This document shows, piece by piece, positions 39,101 through 47,771 of a DNA stretch of 64,000 nt. Under the pieces are notes generated by a model that was not told the DNA's origin, did not search any database, and was given only the letters and a program-made list of their open reading frames with translations. The stretch's first letter is position 1. Each line of letters starts with the position of its first letter. A program made the translations under genes and the position numbers. Origin of the DNA: Fibrobacterales bacterium (GTDB taxonomy: Bacteria; Fibrobacterota; Fibrobacteria; Fibrobacterales; JAOPTW01); assembly GCA_051532035.1 (NCBI GenBank), contig JAOPTW010000010.1:8382-72381 (forward strand), given 5' to 3'.

Positions 39101-42100
39101 AATCTTTGGCTCAATTACCATAAGTGACTCAACTCAGCTAGACCCCAACTTCTCACTTCAAAGTGATGCAGAAATTTCTCTCTCTTTTAGAGAGAAGGGC
39201 CTTTATGAGATTACCGCCTTCGACTCAACCTATACCTTTAATGTCCATGGTGACACCAACGCTCAAGAAGCTTTTGATGGCGTCTATTTTTACCTTGAAG
39301 GTACCGGTAATCCCGCTCGTGTTATTGTAGAAGAGACTACAGGATTCTGGAATAAAAAACTCATCTATTATGGTACTGATTCCACATTCTCTCTTCCTGT
39401 GAGTCAGTCAACTTTTGTATCGGGTAACTATACTGAAGAGTTTACACAATTAAATGCAGGTCAGCGTTACTACTATAAAGTTGTTCCGCAAAACATTGCT
39501 GATGTAGATAAAGACTTTACTATACGGCACCAACAAGGTGGAACCCTTGTAATAATATCACAATTTGGAACAGTTCATCCTGTCACTCTCTTTACCATGT
39601 ATCCAGGTGAGTCTCAGCAACTTATTGTCAATGCCAATGATGGTTTTAACTTCGACCATTGGAGTGTTGACAGTGGAGCAATTAATTATAGTCAAGGGAA
39701 TTCAACATCAACAAATATTACTATTGAAGCAACTACTCTTCCTGTAATTCTCAGAGCTCACTACACTTTAGCTCCAGGCGCTACCCCATCTCTCACTATT
39801 GGAAAACCTGATATAAGCGACCATCCAACTATTTGTGTTTCTGCCCAAGTAAAAGATACAACGAACTCCACGAGCCCCTTTTACTTTACTGGCCTCGATA
39901 CTTCCAATTTTACCGTTTGGCAAGATCACAATACAAGTCCACCTTTAGTAGAAAGCAATAACATTGTAAGACCAATACATGTTACTGCAGAATTGATGGG
40001 GATTAATGTATCACTTGTTGTAGATGAAAGTGGATCAATGGGGCCTAATATGAATAACCTAATGCCTGCTGCAAAAGCAGCAGTTAATGATTTCATAGGA
40101 GGAATGGCTACCTTTGATAAAACAGGAATAGTTGGTTTCGATGGTAGCGATTCAACGACACTTCATTCTAGAATGACTTCTGACACCATTGCACTGCATC
40201 GTGCTGCTATAAATTTAGAAGCCACGGGAGGAACAGATATTATCGATGGTGCATTTGGTGGGTTAGAAAATATTAAAAATGAAGTAGGTCCTAAAACTTT
40301 GATTGTATTTAGTGATGGAGATGATTATACGAATGATCATCTCATTGAAGATGTACGTGACACTGCCTTAAAATATGACATTGCAATCTACGCCATTGGT
40401 CTAGAAAACAACATGGACTCTGAATGGAATTCTGTTTGCTCCCAAACTGGTGGCGAAGTTTGGAATAATACAAACCGAAGCCAACTCTCACTCCTCTATC
40501 AAGCTATTCGCAGTAAAGTATTAGCCCAATACAAAATATGTTACGAATCACCCGACAAAGTGTTTAATGGGGATACCAACGATGTCGCTATTGAAGTTGA
40601 TATTTTTGGCAGTACCTCAAGGGATACAACATGGTGGGATGAAACGAACGAACCTCCCGTTGTAGTACTTACCGACTCTACTGCAATACTCTCAGGAAGA
40701 AACAACCCAATCTATCAAGCGATTCCTATAGAAGCAGTTGTCACCGATGATGGTATTATTGCCCATGTTGATCTCTATTATCGTGAAACAGGTAATGGGA
40801 CCTATAGTTCAATCCCAATGCACCGAACAAGTGGCGATACATTTCAAGCAGTAATACCTTCAAATTCAGTAATAAGACCTGGAGTAGATTACTATATAAT
40901 AGCTCGAGATAGTTATAATCTTAATGGCAAATCCCCTAAAGTACAATACCCATGGGCGACCCCACACCAACTCTGGGTTGATAATAGTGGTCCTACCATT
41001 GAAATTAATGATATTGGCTGCTATTTAAAAGGTGCTTCATCCATTACAATTTCAGGTAAAACATGGGACTCTGATGATATTGGTAAAATAGAGATCCATT
41101 ACAAATACCTCGGTGACCCATTTTATATGGTAGACAGTCTTAACTGGATGACCCGTGATTCTAGTTTTAGCACCACACTCTCGACTCTTAATAAGGATAG
41201 TCTCGTCTATTATGTTTCTAGTAAAGACACCTATGGCCTTACGAGTCGCTATCCCGACACAACGGTATTAATTGCTTATCAATGTCTTGATATCGATACC
41301 ACTCAAGCACTCCTACTCCCTTCTAAAGTTGCAACTGATACCTTGTTTGATGACACCACTTGGGTCTCTTTACATTCTGAAAGTGACACCCTCTATAGTG
41401 GCATAGAAATTTATTACACTACCGATACCAATCAAATACTCAGCTATAGTTCTCCCCATCTTACCAGTGGTGATTCAATTTTTATCGATTCTACTACTAC
41501 TCTTACCATGATTGCAACTTACAATGGATCAAAAAGCGACACAACCCTGAGAACCTTTTATAAAAGGGCCCCTCTCTTACCACCGTGGCTCGTTAAAGCA
41601 AATGATAACCATTTCCCTGATTCATTATTTGCAGACACACTCAGACTTGTTGTTAAATCGAGAGATAGCCTTGTTCCTGGAATGACCATCTGGTATAGTA
41701 CCGATACGAGTTCATCGAGAACATATACCAGCATTGACCACAATGATACTCTTATCATTAGTGATTCCACACAGTTTATTCTATTCGAGACCGCGCCTCA
41801 TTCATACAATAGTGACACCGCATACTATAACTACTATACTGCTGCCGCATCTCCTGATCCATTTATGATTTTAGCTGGGGATACCATTAGAGATACCGTC
41901 TTTTTTCAGGACAGCGTCTGCTTTGCTCTAGAAAATGGACTTGACAGCACTACTATTGGCGAATCTACCGTAGCAACAACATATTTTCCACACAAAATTA
42001 ACGCTGGCGACACCCTTTGTGTTAATAAGAATACATCCCTGTATGCTCAAGCATATTCAAAAGGATTTTCGCAAAGTAATATTATCAACTGGACTTTCGT

Positions 42101-45100
42101 GCACTATGAGAAAACACCGAAACCAACGATTGTACCAAGCCAAAAACATTTTGAAACGGTCTGGCTCGATGTCACTATTACACATCCTGATACTGCCGCT
42201 CGTATATATTATACACTTGATACAACTCTCATACTTGATAGTACTACCGGTATTCCTTATCACTATTCATTAATTGAACGTGATACCCTCAAAATTACCG
42301 AAACAACAACTGTTTCTGCTATAGCCTATATGGAAGGAAGAAAAAATTTAGTAAGTAACATCGATAGACAGACTTTCCATAAAGACTCGATCTTTACCAA
42401 AGTTTTTGTTACCGATACCACTGGAGATACTCTCGCAATATGGGATAACGGTTCACTCCTTTCAAACAAAGCACTCACAGAGTTAAACAACCAGTTTAAC
42501 ATTGTCGCAAATACCAATATGCCTCGTATTGATACAATGCAATGGCATTTCTCTTTCTCTGAGTCAAAAGACTCCTTAACACTTTTTAGTAGCGACCCCA
42601 CAATTTCATTTGAAACCATAGAATTTTTGAGTGGCCCAAATCAAATTTATGTAAGAGAGGAGTTTATGAATAATCCAAACCTTCTCGAATCCCGTATATT
42701 TGACACACTCAATATCTGGTACCAAAACCCATTCATTGACAATGACACTATTTCCCTTTCGATCCCCATACGTCCATCACCAAGACCTTCAAAGTTAATT
42801 GTTAATGATAGCCCATTAAAAACAGAACCTGATTCACTGATTGTCCCAAGTACCGATATGTTATATGTGACTGTCTTTGATCAATTGGGCAGTCGAGATT
42901 CTACCTATGAAATCACAGTAACGACCAAACCACATATCGTATCACAAGAACCAGATACCCTTGTTACAACACTTACGCCACTTATTAATACATCAGACAA
43001 ATACCGTCTAGAGAATGGAGATGAATATCACTCTACATTTGAGCTCAGCCTCCTTCAAGAGACCTACCAAGATAGTGCACTTGATTTACGCCCTGGAGAC
43101 ACAATTATGGTGACCTATAAAGACCCTATTGAAGGGGATTCGGTTTCAGTTTACCTTATTTATGATAGTGTCACTGAAAAAATCGGGGCAATTACCATTA
43201 TTGACAAAAACCTCGATACTCTCTCCTTAGGTGCCATCATCAATGGTAGGGATGATTCGCTCAGTATTGTATTTTCTGATGACTACCTCTATAACCTACA
43301 AATGAATACAGAGGCTCTTGTCTATTCATACGATTCAATAGGAGGTTTTACCGATACACTACGCATGCACCTTTCTCTTGATCAGGATAGTTTAAACTGG
43401 AGTGCAGTTCTCCCTCTCAATAATGATCGATCTTCCGATATTAATAACAATACTCTTGATTGGTATCAAAAAAGCAGTGTGACCATTGCAGTTCCAACAC
43501 ATAACTCAAGGGGAGTTATTGAAGACACCCTCTATTTAAATTACACTATTGCCATACCAAATCAGACACCTACAATTACACCAAGGGATACCCTTGAAAC
43601 GCGTGATTCAATTATCCGTGATACGAGAGCCATCACCCTCAGTATCACGGATCAGAGCTTCTCTCGCTTTGTTGACACCCTTACTGCAACTGTCAGCTGT
43701 ATCAATTCAGGAGACATAGAAACCGGGCGCACTTTGATAGAAAGTGATTCCACAAGTGGCTTGTTTCAACTCCTATCGGTACTTCCAAAAAATGAACGTA
43801 CCTTAGCTCAAAATAACGATTCGTTACAGTGTGCTATTAACGACATCATTGAGGTTACTTATGTAGATCCTATCTATGGAGATACCACAAAAAATCAGGC
43901 AGCATTTAGTGATAGTATTACTAATACTCTCTTTTTTATGAATGATTCAATAGGAATAATGGATACGCTTTATTCAGCCAATAGAGCTATTGTACCTATA
44001 CGTGCCACTGCACTGAGTCCATCTCTCGATGCAATTGATTCGCTTCAAATAACAGTCACTAACGACCATGGAGATACATTACTCATATGGCTTTATGAAA
44101 CGAAGATCTATTCAAGCATCTATAGTGGTGTGGTGCCATTTGAATTTACAACTGCCGTAAGTAATGTGTTGGATAGCAGTATTACTGCTCCTCTCAATTA
44201 TAATTCTACAGTTAATAATGCAACTGTCACTGCTCAATTTGTAGAAGACCCATTGGTAACGGCTCACTTTACAGCTCTCTCTCTCTACAAAATATTTAAT
44301 AATGCGATAATGATAGATACCGATAGAAATGGCTATGCTGATGCAATCTATCTTGACTTTAGTGGCCCTCTTGCTTTACTTCCTCTAGAGCTCACTGAAT
44401 TTTTCTGGAGTTTTAATGATACTATTGCTTCATTCCCTATATTAAAAGTGAATATATCCTATAATCTCATTGATGAAGCTGTTGACTCAACGAGAGTAAT
44501 TATTGACCTGAGTGATATTGAAATGGAATTGCTAGAAACCGCTCTCTGTACTCTTTCAGCACCGCATATTACACTTCCACAAAGTAATTATTTTGGTGGA
44601 CGCTCTCAGAACCTTATTGATAGCGTCTCCCCTCGTATTATCTCGGTTATTAAAACGCCAAGTGAAAAAAGCAGTGAACAGAAATTAAGTGGTGGCAAAG
44701 TTAAACCTGACATGTTCGAGTTTACCTTTTCGGAAGCAATATACTTTGATCTAGCACAATCAGAGAGTATCTGGATGCAACAGTTCTCATACAGCCCTAG
44801 CTGTAATGATCACACAACTGCTCTCACCATTGAATCTGTTACTGCAACTTCTACAGAACGGAAGAGGTGGATTGTCGAAATTGATGAAAACATTCCTCTT
44901 ACTCGCGGTTGTATTACCGTCAACCCAGATTCACTCCTCATTAATGATTCCCTACACAATGTTATAGGAACTTCTCCTGTACAAATTACAGGTAAAGATC
45001 GTGGAAAGCCTGCAAAAGTTAAAATGAAAAACCCAGTTGCCGGTGTTCCGGGACCTACTGCGACCTATTTTGTACCTGGTACTGATATTGAAGAAATCAT

Positions 45101-45401
45101 TCCTGACACCCTTGCGGTACTCACCATAGTTGCAAAAGAGCGCTATGTTGCCAAAGTTAATATTTTTGATAATATGGGTAATTACATTCAGACACTAGAA
45201 ACAGTTTTTGGAGATGCAGGTGAATTTGATCAGGTTGCTCGAGCAACAGAAGATGGTTCAGTTAACCACATTCTTTGGAACGAAAAAGCATCTAATGGAA
45301 CATATGTAGGGTCGGGAGTCTACATTTGGATTGTCACCCTCTACTATGATTCGGGTAACGTTGATAGCTTTACAGTATTATCTGGAGTTCTCAGAAAATA
45401 A
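36153..45401 (+). CDS. Giant secreted adhesin-like protein (discoidin domain, InlB-B-like repeats, vWA, Ig-like stalk, C-terminal GVLR domain)
   Basis: Signal peptide; NAFDGD..SRWAS..PQWLMVDL (discoidin/F5-8); 12 repeats with Y.F..W core; VVDESGSM MIDAS, TGGT, FSDG (vWA); IYYTLD-type modules; C-terminus WNEKASNGTYVGSGVY...SGVLRK. Confidence 0.85.
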   Translation: MHTFKKLLLLSIFIAILYPLNAFGQDIAQGKTYDSSPIEIGTPVDEFIPENAFDGDNTTSRWASEHSATPQWLMVDLENIYQISDIAIYWEDAYAIDYRVEVSLDNTTWTVIDDLANQNGGTDRFTLNEYAQYVRVYCTKRRSFTYGTFGYSLYTLEVEGIATTTTSITAQTGGTVTPTNDIILTTGTGSPITATPNIGYTFRQWNIISGDPDIASTIQASTTITPQSNSVIEAEFFPHWEYSLSATTGGSIVLPTSGTIEQGLSTTISAQVAPGYYFVGWEVVTGAATFGSATTLSTSITPSIDCTVRANFLKFDIVTIQPGIGGTTLPLNTISIVQGGSDVVTATGDIGYYFSHWVTLSGTISYSDSLVFNPTLTPTGDATIQPVFLERSTLTLTSAGNGTLNIAQQVNLKPSDITHIVATPSTDYSFSHWSVDSGTVHITDTQVASTTVSIDDNAHLIAHFVLNQWKFTLSSSGGGTVNPAGQSLLDAGSFHPISATPDPLYSFWGWQIDSGNATFQDPLVNSSNGVQLLDSTLITALFAQKKNLTILTDGNGSVATSSIVADSASSVPITAHSTIHGYIFSHWTVDSGTLTVNNNTDSISTVSVHSDGTITAHFTPVYAIYMNAGAGGTVVSDSLYPTIAGTPYPISATALSNNYFSHWTLTSGTAVITNSALAATSVTIDNANPSNVSVTANFVPAVRLTVNTSANGSITYPISGFINNINPLLNSQTITAHSDNYYEFSHWEVVSGTATITNANAISTPITITTDAEVLAHYTPRMFDANILSNIGGTVTPAGIQSLQEYLDTIPITAQPDSGYIFKEWSGTSGSHITQSNNATTSLYITNNTSVTATFEPFYKVAILVDSNGTTSDTLIENLLTSKDSLIIATPDSGYSFSHWSVDNGAVVLANSQSATTRVQLNSDGGITAHFVKEYTLTIDSSSIGLIKDHNSIDVDTLIVGENFVFNLYANALPRFIFENWEVIFGSITISDSTQLDPNFSLQSDAEISLSFREKGLYEITAFDSTYTFNVHGDTNAQEAFDGVYFYLEGTGNPARVIVEETTGFWNKKLIYYGTDSTFSLPVSQSTFVSGNYTEEFTQLNAGQRYYYKVVPQNIADVDKDFTIRHQQGGTLVIISQFGTVHPVTLFTMYPGESQQLIVNANDGFNFDHWSVDSGAINYSQGNSTSTNITIEATTLPVILRAHYTLAPGATPSLTIGKPDISDHPTICVSAQVKDTTNSTSPFYFTGLDTSNFTVWQDHNTSPPLVESNNIVRPIHVTAELMGINVSLVVDESGSMGPNMNNLMPAAKAAVNDFIGGMATFDKTGIVGFDGSDSTTLHSRMTSDTIALHRAAINLEATGGTDIIDGAFGGLENIKNEVGPKTLIVFSDGDDYTNDHLIEDVRDTALKYDIAIYAIGLENNMDSEWNSVCSQTGGEVWNNTNRSQLSLLYQAIRSKVLAQYKICYESPDKVFNGDTNDVAIEVDIFGSTSRDTTWWDETNEPPVVVLTDSTAILSGRNNPIYQAIPIEAVVTDDGIIAHVDLYYRETGNGTYSSIPMHRTSGDTFQAVIPSNSVIRPGVDYYIIARDSYNLNGKSPKVQYPWATPHQLWVDNSGPTIEINDIGCYLKGASSITISGKTWDSDDIGKIEIHYKYLGDPFYMVDSLNWMTRDSSFSTTLSTLNKDSLVYYVSSKDTYGLTSRYPDTTVLIAYQCLDIDTTQALLLPSKVATDTLFDDTTWVSLHSESDTLYSGIEIYYTTDTNQILSYSSPHLTSGDSIFIDSTTTLTMIATYNGSKSDTTLRTFYKRAPLLPPWLVKANDNHFPDSLFADTLRLVVKSRDSLVPGMTIWYSTDTSSSRTYTSIDHNDTLIISDSTQFILFETAPHSYNSDTAYYNYYTAAASPDPFMILAGDTIRDTVFFQDSVCFALENGLDSTTIGESTVATTYFPHKINAGDTLCVNKNTSLYAQAYSKGFSQSNIINWTFVHYEKTPKPTIVPSQKHFETVWLDVTITHPDTAARIYYTLDTTLILDSTTGIPYHYSLIERDTLKITETTTVSAIAYMEGRKNLVSNIDRQTFHKDSIFTKVFVTDTTGDTLAIWDNGSLLSNKALTELNNQFNIVANTNMPRIDTMQWHFSFSESKDSLTLFSSDPTISFETIEFLSGPNQIYVREEFMNNPNLLESRIFDTLNIWYQNPFIDNDTISLSIPIRPSPRPSKLIVNDSPLKTEPDSLIVPSTDMLYVTVFDQLGSRDSTYEITVTTKPHIVSQEPDTLVTTLTPLINTSDKYRLENGDEYHSTFELSLLQETYQDSALDLRPGDTIMVTYKDPIEGDSVSVYLIYDSVTEKIGAITIIDKNLDTLSLGAIINGRDDSLSIVFSDDYLYNLQMNTEALVYSYDSIGGFTDTLRMHLSLDQDSLNWSAVLPLNNDRSSDINNNTLDWYQKSSVTIAVPTHNSRGVIEDTLYLNYTIAIPNQTPTITPRDTLETRDSIIRDTRAITLSITDQSFSRFVDTLTATVSCINSGDIETGRTLIESDSTSGLFQLLSVLPKNERTLAQNNDSLQCAINDIIEVTYVDPIYGDTTKNQAAFSDSITNTLFFMNDSIGIMDTLYSANRAIVPIRATALSPSLDAIDSLQITVTNDHGDTLLIWLYETKIYSSIYSGVVPFEFTTAVSNVLDSSITAPLNYNSTVNNATVTAQFVEDPLVTAHFTALSLYKIFNNAIMIDTDRNGYADAIYLDFSGPLALLPLELTEFFWSFNDTIASFPILKVNISYNLIDEAVDSTRVIIDLSDIEMELLETALCTLSAPHITLPQSNYFGGRSQNLIDSVSPRIISVIKTPSEKSSEQKLSGGKVKPDMFEFTFSEAIYFDLAQSESIWMQQFSYSPSCNDHTTALTIESVTATSTERKRWIVEIDENIPLTRGCITVNPDSLLINDSLHNVIGTSPVQITGKDRGKPAKVKMKNPVAGVPGPTATYFVPGTDIEEIIPDTLAVLTIVAKERYVAKVNIFDNMGNYIQTLETVFGDAGEFDQVARATEDGSVNHILWNEKASNGTYVGSGVYIWIVTLYYDSGNVDSFTVLSGVLRK

Positions 45402-45439
45402 TTTTGATCAAGATATCTTACAATAATTGACAACACTTC

Positions 45440-45486
45440 AATAAATAAGGGCTTTGACACTCACTGTGCCAAAGCCCTTATTTATT
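45440..45486. terminator. Bidirectional terminator between convergent genes
   Basis: AATAAATAAGGGCTTTG...CAAAGCCCTTATTTATT inverted repeat. Confidence 0.85.
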
Positions 45487-45487
45487 T

Positions 45488-46015
45488 TTATGCCGATGGA
45501 TTTTTATATTTATCCATAATAGCATCACTCTGTGCCTTGAGTGCATCAAGATCGCTATTTCTGTCATAGCTAAATTCTTCTGTTTTTTCACCAGCATGAA
45601 AATACTCTTGCCTTGAAGCTTGTCGCTTGCTGATAAAATCTTGAGACTTCTCTGATGCTCCCTCTTCAGACGTCACTGTATCTCCGGTACCTTCGGCCTC
45701 TTTTGGTGCTTCAGTTTCAGCCTTCGATGGTTCGGCTACCGGATTTCTATCCGCAATAACAGCATCACTCTTTGCTCTGAGTTCGGCTAATCGAGATGCA
45801 TTGGGAGATGATGGAGCTGTAGCAGTACTACTTGTTTGACTCGTTGCTGCATTTTTTGCTTCATCACTGATGTTTACCCGATAGTCTGGCGTTGATTTTT
45901 TCTCATCAGTTGCCACTTCAGGGATTTTACTTTTCCGATCTCCATTAGATTCATAGAACTGTGTTTTACGCGCTTGTTGACGCTGTGATATAATATCAAT
46001 ACTTGAGGTATCCAT
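45488..46015 (-). CDS. Hypothetical hydrophilic protein with internal duplication
   Basis: 175-aa ORF with RBS (GGAGAAG); DYRVNISDEAK motif; duplicated segments. Confidence 0.75.
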   Translation of the reverse strand: MDTSSIDIISQRQQARKTQFYESNGDRKSKIPEVATDEKKSTPDYRVNISDEAKNAATSQTSSTATAPSSPNASRLAELRAKSDAVIADRNPVAEPSKAETEAPKEAEGTGDTVTSEEGASEKSQDFISKRQASRQEYFHAGEKTEEFSYDRNSDLDALKAQSDAIMDKYKNPSA

Positions 46016-46073
46016 ACTACTTCTCCGATCATTAATGTCCAGCAGGGCTAACCCTACACTCTTCCCATTATAT

Positions 46074-46100
46074 TAATCGGCCATATTCTGGAAAACTTAA
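46074..46100 (-). promoter_or_regulatory. Sigma-28 (FliA) promoter
   Basis: TTAAGTTT-N11-GCCGATTA versus extended consensus TAAAGTTT-N11-GCCGATAA (7/8 and 7/8). Confidence 0.65.
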
Positions 46101-46244
46101 GTCTTTTCTGGGTTTTCAAGAAAACAAAGGGAAGAAGCCCTCCAAAGATGCAATAAGCCTAAAAGTTCTAAAGGAAATAAACTAAAACCGTATGTAACTC
46201 AAAGGTTAATACTAGAAAAGAAGTTAATCACTTTTATGTATATG

Positions 46245-46288
46245 AAAAAAAATCACCCTATGCCACTTGGTATGAGCATAGGGTGATT
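46245..46288 (-). terminator. Terminator after the Lys-rich gene
   Basis: AATCACCCTATGC...GCATAGGGTGATT followed by a T-run on the minus strand. Confidence 0.75.
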
Positions 46289-46339
46289 AAAAAATACCAC
46301 AATAAACGTGTAGCTTAATACTGAAAAGGATTCTCAGGT

Positions 46340-47551
46340 CTACACAGCGCCGTACTCAGGCTCTGCACCACCCTCTTCATCATTCATTAAGCTTAACTGA
46401 TAATCCATTTTGCGCGCTTCTTTAGATTCGCCCAAATTGAGGATTTCTGCACAATCTTCACAATACCCAAGGTCTTTATCAATAACAAATCGCTCATCAA
46501 CAGGAATAACACCACATTTAGTACACATACGATTTTTAAGAGCACTCATGCTATTCGCATTTTCGTCTTCTAATTCACGTGCAATTCGGGAAATAAGCTC
46601 ATCCATAGTTTCATCGGACTTAGAAGAGCGATTTCGACATGATTTGGTAGGAACCTCTTCCTCTTTACTCTCAATAGAATATTTCTTCTTGTTATTTCGT
46701 TCTTCTATTTCATTTAATTCTGTAAAAAAAGTAGCCCGAGACATTTTTCGGCCATCAAGAACAAATTCCAGATAGGTCTCTTTCGTAAAAAGCTTTTTAG
46801 GTTTCTGAGTCTTTTTTGACTCTTTTTCAGCCTCTCTCAAAGCTTTTTCTGCCTCTTTTGCATGCCGTTTCTCTTCTTTTTCAACATCTTTCTCTTTCTG
46901 TTTTTCTAGACGCTCTATCTCTTTCTGCTGTTTCAATTTTTCGCGTTCTTTATCTTTGGCAATGCGTTCACGTTCTTTATCTTTAGCCTGTTTATCTTTC
47001 TCACGCGCTTTCTCTTTTGCTAATTTCTCTTTTTCTTTCTGCGCCTTGATTTTGATTTTTTCTCTCTCTTTGGCTAATTTTTCACGTTCTTTTTGCTTTG
47101 CAAGTTTCTCTTTATCTGCTGCTGCTTTTGACTGAGCCTGGCTTGCTGTAGACTTTTTTGCTGCTGCTTTTTTAGTTGTTTTTACAGGTTTCCCCGCTGA
47201 TTTTGAAGTATTTTTTTTAGTTGCTTTCGTACTCGCCTTTTTGCTGCTTTTTTTAACAACCTTTTTCGTTACTTTTTTGGTAACCTTTTTTGTTGCTTTC
47301 TTAGTGACTTTTTTAGCTGCTTTTTTAACAACCTTGTTGGCTACTTTCTTAGCTGCCTTTTTTACAACTTTTTTGGCAACCTTTTTTGCTGCTTTTTTCG
47401 TACTACTTTTTTTAGCTACTGCCTTTTTTACAGCCTTTTTTGCCACTTTCTTAGTTGCTTTTTTTGCTGCTTTCTTAACAGCTTTTTTAGCCACTTTTTT
47501 AGTTGCTTTTTTTGGAGACTTTTTGGTTGCTTTTTTTGTTGTTTTAGCCAT
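46340..47551 (-). CDS. Histone H1-like Lys/Ala-rich protein with charged coiled coil and C-terminal C4 zinc finger
   Basis: KKA(A/T)/KKV(A/T/V) repeats, E/K/R helix, CTKC-x17-CEDC. Confidence 0.8.
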   Translation of the reverse strand: MAKTTKKATKKSPKKATKKVAKKAVKKAAKKATKKVAKKAVKKAVAKKSSTKKAAKKVAKKVVKKAAKKVANKVVKKAAKKVTKKATKKVTKKVTKKVVKKSSKKASTKATKKNTSKSAGKPVKTTKKAAAKKSTASQAQSKAAADKEKLAKQKEREKLAKEREKIKIKAQKEKEKLAKEKAREKDKQAKDKERERIAKDKEREKLKQQKEIERLEKQKEKDVEKEEKRHAKEAEKALREAEKESKKTQKPKKLFTKETYLEFVLDGRKMSRATFFTELNEIEERNNKKKYSIESKEEEVPTKSCRNRSSKSDETMDELISRIARELEDENANSMSALKNRMCTKCGVIPVDERFVIDKDLGYCEDCAEILNLGESKEARKMDYQLSLMNDEEGGAEPEYGAV

Positions 47552-47727
47552 AATTCCTCAGAATTGTTTTTAAACAGAGCTCCCCTATCCGACAGAAGGT
47601 TACCCAAAGTAATACAACAGAAATATACGAAAACTTCACTTTTTTTTAAAGGAGAGTTGTTCAATTTGGAGAATTAAAGGATCTCAAGTTTTAGAACCAG
47701 ATTCTAGGATAATAGAGCTAAAAATGT

Positions 47728-47735
47728 TATCTTTG
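47728..47735 (+). promoter_or_regulatory. TAnnTTTG-type promoter box (TATCTTTG) upstream of lepA
   Basis: TATCTTTGC about 36 nt before the lepA ATG. Confidence 0.45.
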
Positions 47736-47771
47736 CCCCTACGAACAAGTTTTTAAAAATAAAAGCGGTAG

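Noticed and set aside
36640..39200. Repeats as a CRISPR array or diversity-generating retroelement target
   Set aside because: Repeats exist only at protein level and are highly diverged in DNA; no cas or reverse transcriptase gene and no near-identical TR/VR pair seen.
47241..47573. Hydrophobic Phe/Leu-rich plus-strand ORF
   Set aside because: Antisense shadow of the Lys-rich repeats.
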